Below are positions 17,192-21,636 of a DNA stretch of 21,636 nucleotides, one piece after another. The notes under the pieces were generated by a model. The model was not told the DNA's origin, did no database searches, and saw only the letters and a list, made by a program, of their open reading frames with translations. Position 1 is the stretch's first letter. Each line of letters begins with the position of its first letter. The stretch is from Myxococcota bacterium (GTDB lineage Bacteria > Myxococcota_A > Bradymonadia > UBA7976 > UBA1532), in assembly GCA_036337435.1 (NCBI GenBank), contig JAYZEG010000023.1, forward strand, positions 1 to 21,636, read 5' to 3'. A program made the translations under genes and the position numbers.

Positions 17192-17207
17192 TGGCACGAG
17201 GTATGCA
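17192..17207 (+). promoter_or_regulatory. Sigma-54 (-24/-12) promoter
   Basis: TGGCACGAGGTATGCA has exact GG-N10-GC spacing and one mismatch to TGGCACG-N4-TTGC. It is intergenic, about 40 nt before ATG 17247. Confidence 0.85.
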
Positions 17208-17246
17208 CTCTGCTGTTGCGTAAACGCACACTCGTGGGAAAACTAA

Positions 17247-17678
17247 ATGTTCCAGACATTTCAAAAAATACACCGCACAATGGTTCAGACACACAGACTC
17301 GCCGAGCCGGCCTCTACATTGTTATTGGTCTCCATCGTCGCTGTGCTATTGGGCCTGGTGACTCGAATCACGTTCGCTCAGCCAAACACAAACACTGTAA
17401 ACGCCGTCGTTAGCGAGAGTGCCACGCCTGGGAGCACAGTGACCGTGCAGGTTCCTGGTCTACCTGGACAAACACTGTCGGCTTATCTGCCCGGACTGAC
17501 TTACGATCCGGTCCCGTTGAGCTATGACGATGACGCTCGAATCTACCGGGCATCCATCAATGTGCCCGCAACCGCTCCATCACAAGGTTACTTCACCGTT
17601 CGAATCGTGCAAGGCTCTCGGCACGAGTGGGATCGCCATGTCCGCTTGGTCGAGAGTGTGGTCGGCCCAGGTAGTTGA
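17247..17678 (+). CDS. Hypothetical exported or membrane-anchored protein with a small beta-rich (Ig-like) domain
   Basis: A hydrophobic segment LLLVSIVAVLLGLV is followed by TFA|Q, then about 95 aa with an alternating beta pattern. GGGAA lies upstream of the ATG. An alternative start is at 17280. Confidence 0.7.
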   Translation: MFQTFQKIHRTMVQTHRLAEPASTLLLVSIVAVLLGLVTRITFAQPNTNTVNAVVSESATPGSTVTVQVPGLPGQTLSAYLPGLTYDPVPLSYDDDARIYRASINVPATAPSQGYFTVRIVQGSRHEWDRHVRLVESVVGPGS

Positions 17679-17737
17679 ATGCCTGTCAAACGCAGGTTTG
17701 GGTTTTGTTGAATCATTGAGACTGCTAAACTCAGACT

Positions 17738-18199
17738 ATGCGATGTGTTTTTCTTCTGTTTTCTTTTGGCCTTGCATCGGCGTGTAGTGCGTCGCTCGAT
17801 TACGGCGATCCGAACCGATTCGATGTGGATGCCACCGAGCCACAACCTGTGATGAGCGACGCCCAAATCCCTAGAGATACAGGGTCGTTAGACCCAGAGG
17901 ACAGCGGGCCAAGCTTAGTGGACGCTGACACATCCGACATGGGTCCATCAAGTGAAGACGCCGGCACTCAAGCCGATGACAGCGGCTTCGACATGGATGC
18001 AAACTCTTCCATTGATCATGGCTCACCGGATGCCGAAACCGAACGAGATTCCACGCCGACGTCTGATTCGGCGACCGAGATGCTGGACTCAGCGGTTGAA
18101 GCGAATGTCGATGCTGCTCTAGATGAGGACAGCAGCACGGGCAGTTCAAACGGTGACTCCCAAGAAGCAGAACCTGGTCCCGAGGAGACGATCGATTAA
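17738..18199 (+). CDS. Putative lipoprotein with an Asp/Ser-rich low-complexity body
   Basis: MRCVFLLFSFGLASA-C is a lipobox-like signal. The remainder is D/S/E/A/G-rich with recurring D-x-G. Confidence 0.7.
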   Translation: MRCVFLLFSFGLASACSASLDYGDPNRFDVDATEPQPVMSDAQIPRDTGSLDPEDSGPSLVDADTSDMGPSSEDAGTQADDSGFDMDANSSIDHGSPDAETERDSTPTSDSATEMLDSAVEANVDAALDEDSSTGSSNGDSQEAEPGPEETID

Positions 18200-18265
18200 A
18201 TCACGCCCTCTGACACGCCTATGAGGTTTAGTCCTCAGGCTATGCCAAAGCGACCACTCCCCCGT

Positions 18266-21166
18266 CTACAGTACTGGCCTTAGATGGCGTTCTCTCAGCT
18301 GACTCACGCTCATCGATGCCAGTAAATCCGGGCCATTCATCAATGACACATCGTCTCCGCCTGTCCGACCTACGACACCGTACTCGATGCCTGACAATAG
18401 ACGTTGGGCATCGTTCAGGCTTGCATCGGCAACCTCGACAACATAACGGGCATTTGACTCAGAAAAAAGGATGTGACTGACGTCCACAGAACCCTCTGTT
18501 GGGACCGCTGCCAAGTCGATAGTACAACCGAGTTGTCCACCTATGGCCATCTCGGCGATGGCAACCGCCAATCCACCCTCACTGCAATCATGACAACTCA
18601 ATGCGACACCGCCTCGAATGAGGCTATGAACGGCTTTTGCAATCTCGAAAGCGTTATCCACACGTTGGGGGACTGTGCCTCCAGATAAATCCAGCTCACG
18701 CGCTGCAGCTGACCCACCCAGCTCGTCGCGAGTTTTACCGACGATGATCAAATGGTGACCCATATTTTTTATATCGGATGTTGTTGTTGCCCGAACATCG
18801 GGAACGATGGCCATGGCCGTTACCAATATCGTGCCAGGTATCGCGTGTTTCTCTCCGTCTGCACCCGTGTATTCGTTGTTGAGTGAATCTTTACCGGAGA
18901 TGAAAGGCGCATTGAAGTCTATGGCACCATCATGGCATCCCTCGCACGCGAGAACCAGGCCGGCCAAGCGGTCTGGCTTATTTGGATTACCCCAGCAAAA
19001 GTTATCGAGAAGAGACAATTGTGCTGGATCGCCACCGACTGAGACAACATTACGAACAGCTTCATCAACCGCCGACCAGGCCATAGCAAATGGATCTAAT
19101 TTAGCGAAGTGAGGGTTGACCCCACAGCCTAAAACAACCCCACGATGGACACGGCCATGCATGCGCGCAGCCATCGGCACGATGACCGAGGCATTCCCTG
19201 GCCCTTCACATGCTGGGCCAACCAGTGGTTTGACAACCGTACCACCCTGTACTTCATGATCATATTGACGAATGACCGCCTCGCGGCTGCATAGGTTCGG
19301 TGAACCGACCAAATCGAGGATGAGCGTGGCGTGGTCGTCGATTTCGAGCGTCAAAGGGCGTGTGGGCTGCCGAGTCCATTCCGCGCTCAATTTTCGCTGG
19401 GGAATTCCGTCGTGTAAAAACGACGTCGTCAACCGACCTATGGGCTGCTGTCCGTGAGCTACGGTGAGAATTCCATCACCTGTGAAACGGCCTATTGACG
19501 TCGCATCGACACCATGTTTCCGGCAGATTTCTTTCAGCGCAGACCAATGGTGGTCCGGCACCGCCATGACCATCCGCTCCTGCGCCTCACTCAGCCAAAT
19601 TTCCCAGGGCTGAAGGCCTGGGTATTTAAGTGGAACATCCTCCAACTGTATCGAAGCACCCAGTTTTTCTGCCATTTCACCGACCGATGATGAAAGTCCA
19701 CCAGCACCGCAATCCGTAATCGCATTGTAAAGACCCGCGTCACGCGCCTCACAGACAACTTCCTGGACCTGTTTCTCATTGATAGGATGGCCGATTTGAA
19801 CAGAGCTGCCTGCAATTTCACCGGTTTCATGACTCATTTCCATGGACGAAAAGGTCGCGCCACCAATCCCATCACGGCCCGTGCGACCTCCGAGGACAAC
19901 CACTCGATCGTCAATTTGTGGGTCTGTCTTATGGGAACCGGCTGGCAGAATGCCGAGGCAACCACAGAAAACCAACGGGTTTGCCGTATAGCCAGGTTCG
20001 AAAATAATCGCACCGTTGACGGTGGGAATCCCCATCTTATTGCCGTAATCCTCGACTCCAGCGACCACACCATGGGCAATTCTGCGGGGATGCATCACCC
20101 CATCTGGCAAATCACCGTGGGGCGTATCTTGTAATCCAAAGCAAAGAACATCCGTATTGGCGATCGGGCGAGCACTGACACCAAGTATATCTCGTACAAC
20201 CCCACCCACGCCGGTATTAGCACCCCCAAATGGTTCGAGTGCAGATGGGTGGTTATGAGTCTCAACTTTGAGAGCAATATCGAATTCTTCATCGAAGGCG
20301 ACGATACCGGCATTATCGACAAAAACTGATTTTATCCATGGTTTCTGTGCTTGCTTCGTCGCCGCTTTCAGAAAGGAGTCAAACATGGAATCAATGGTGC
20401 GCCGAGTTGATTCGACAACCCGCCCATCATTCTCTAATTCAACGAAATCGATACGCGCTTTGAAGGTTTTGTGGACGCAATGCTCAGACCAGGTCTGAGC
20501 CAGCATTTCGAGCTCCATTTCAGTTGGCTCTCGATTCTCACTCCTATAGTAGCTTTGAATGGCCTTCATTTCTTCGAGATTAAGCGACAAGCGCCTCTCA
20601 GTACTGATAGCCAGGAGTTCCACTTCATCCAACTCGCTGATGGAAATTTCCGCAATCACGGATGGCCCATGAGCCGTGGACGTGAAGGGTGGTTCTAGCC
20701 ATTGGTCAACCGACCATTGTTCAACAACCTCGTTGGCAAGTAAATGCTTTGCAATATTGTTCAACTCGTCTGTTGAGACACGACCCGTGAAACAATAACG
20801 AGTGGCGGTCGCAGCCTGTTCCAAGCCGGACAGGCCCAATTGTTGTGCAGTCGCCAGCAGGGTCTCACCCACTGTGTCGGTCACCCCGGGCTTACATGAG
20901 ACCTCGATGGATTTGAGCTCATCGCGTGTCTCAGATGCAGTGCCAGTTTGGAAAATTCGGTAGGTCTCAATGACGTCATCCGCCAAAAGTTCATCTGCAA
21001 CCAAACGCACATCCTCGTCTGCAAGCTGCCCATCCAAAAAGAACAAACGGTGCAAGCTGACAGTCTCGACGCCCTCGATTCCGAGTTCTCGGATACGGCC
21101 GACCAGCCCCGACGCTGCTGGTGCAGCTTGACCGATTTTTGGAATGACTTCGACACGATAGGTCAT
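18266..21166 (-). CDS. purL: Phosphoribosylformylglycinamidine synthase subunit PurL with N-terminal PurS-like domains and no glutaminase domain
   Basis: Motifs QTWSEHCVHK, DNAG, KVETHNHPSALEPFGGANTG, DCGAGG, SEAQERM, QYDHEV, DNFCWGNP, SGKDSLNN, HDCSEGG and FSES; 966 aa. Confidence 0.96.
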   Translation of the reverse strand: MTYRVEVIPKIGQAAPAASGLVGRIRELGIEGVETVSLHRLFFLDGQLADEDVRLVADELLADDVIETYRIFQTGTASETRDELKSIEVSCKPGVTDTVGETLLATAQQLGLSGLEQAATATRYCFTGRVSTDELNNIAKHLLANEVVEQWSVDQWLEPPFTSTAHGPSVIAEISISELDEVELLAISTERRLSLNLEEMKAIQSYYRSENREPTEMELEMLAQTWSEHCVHKTFKARIDFVELENDGRVVESTRRTIDSMFDSFLKAATKQAQKPWIKSVFVDNAGIVAFDEEFDIALKVETHNHPSALEPFGGANTGVGGVVRDILGVSARPIANTDVLCFGLQDTPHGDLPDGVMHPRRIAHGVVAGVEDYGNKMGIPTVNGAIIFEPGYTANPLVFCGCLGILPAGSHKTDPQIDDRVVVLGGRTGRDGIGGATFSSMEMSHETGEIAGSSVQIGHPINEKQVQEVVCEARDAGLYNAITDCGAGGLSSSVGEMAEKLGASIQLEDVPLKYPGLQPWEIWLSEAQERMVMAVPDHHWSALKEICRKHGVDATSIGRFTGDGILTVAHGQQPIGRLTTSFLHDGIPQRKLSAEWTRQPTRPLTLEIDDHATLILDLVGSPNLCSREAVIRQYDHEVQGGTVVKPLVGPACEGPGNASVIVPMAARMHGRVHRGVVLGCGVNPHFAKLDPFAMAWSAVDEAVRNVVSVGGDPAQLSLLDNFCWGNPNKPDRLAGLVLACEGCHDGAIDFNAPFISGKDSLNNEYTGADGEKHAIPGTILVTAMAIVPDVRATTTSDIKNMGHHLIIVGKTRDELGGSAAARELDLSGGTVPQRVDNAFEIAKAVHSLIRGGVALSCHDCSEGGLAVAIAEMAIGGQLGCTIDLAAVPTEGSVDVSHILFSESNARYVVEVADASLNDAQRLLSGIEYGVVGRTGGDDVSLMNGPDLLASMSVSQLRERHLRPVL

Positions 21167-21176
21167 TGGAGAACTC

Positions 21177-21636
21177 CTAGTGCTTAAAATGTCTAATGCC
21201 AGTGAACATCATCGCAAGGCCCATTCGATCTGCCGCCTCGATAACCTCAGCGTCGCGAATCGAACCGCCTGGTTGCGCCACCGCACTGACTCCACAAGAC
21301 GCGGCCGCCTCCAGACCGTCGGCAAACGGGAAGAAGGCATCGGAAGCCAAAACAGCACCTTTCGCCTTTTCGCCTGCGAGATGAGCCGCGATCTTGGCCG
21401 ATTCTAAACGATTCATCTGACCTGCACCAACGCCGACTGTCGCCTCATTTTTCGCGATCACAATGGCATTGGACTTAACCGCTTTCGCGGCTTTCCACGC
21501 AAAGATAAGGTCAGACAACTGCTCTGCCGTCGGTTTTAATTTTGTAACACAACGCCATTCTTCGGGCGTTGCTGGTCTCATATCCGTGTCTTGAATCAGT
21601 AAACCACCCCGAGTCGACCGGACTTGCCAGCGTGGT
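21177..21636 (-). CDS. purH: Bifunctional AICAR transformylase/IMP cyclohydrolase PurH, C-terminal part (5' end outside the window)
   Basis: Motifs [30 protein letters not shown] and GIRHFKH*. The frame stays open upstream of the tracked ATG to the window edge (...[14 protein letters not shown]). Confidence 0.96.
   Translation of the reverse strand, partial: PRWQVRSTRGGLLIQDTDMRPATPEEWRCVTKLKPTAEQLSDLIFAWKAAKAVKSNAIVIAKNEATVGVGAGQMNRLESAKIAAHLAGEKAKGAVLASDAFFPFADGLEAAASCGVSAVAQPGGSIRDAEVIEAADRMGLAMMFTGIRHFKH

Noticed and set aside
18218..18239. Terminator between the convergent lipoprotein gene and purL
   Set aside because: There is only a 5 bp stem (TGAGG/CCTCA) with no U-tract on either strand, which is too weak to call.
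1..21636. CRISPR arrays, tRNAs, transposases/integrases, defence genes and the remaining short overlapping ORFs
   Set aside because: I saw no regularly spaced repeats, cloverleaf or mobile-element motifs by eye. The other tracked ORFs are shadows of well-supported genes on the opposite strand or in other frames.

Overview
A 21.6 kb bacterial chromosomal window. Gene content and style (long PurL, sigma-54 signalling, Asp/Gly-rich lipoprotein) suggest a Myxococcota or other deltaproteobacterium-like organism, which is an inference only. The left edge holds the 5' end of a 16S rRNA gene (minus strand) with its leader, boxA and sigma-70 promoter. Upstream of it is a tightly packed minus-strand run: PBP1A (mrcA), tatB, tatC and an FAD-dependent oxidoreductase. 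On the plus strand follow a stand-alone zinc-free ribosomal protein S14, a DUF58 + TgpA-like transglutaminase pair with no MoxR gene, and an acidic orphan. The most unusual region is a translationally coupled four-gene signalling cassette (11572-17111). It encodes a small His-motif protein, a receiver/sigma-54 AAA+ activator, a large TPR membrane histidine-kinase-like protein and a stand-alone receiver, all with atypical motifs. Directly downstream lie a palindromic enhancer-like site and a near-consensus sigma-54 promoter in front of two predicted exported proteins. This looks like a self-contained, possibly undescribed His-Asp-His-Asp phosphorelay together with its target. The right end carries purL (PurS-fused type, no adjacent purQ) and the 3' part of purH. 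All family assignments come from motif recognition by eye; no searches were run.
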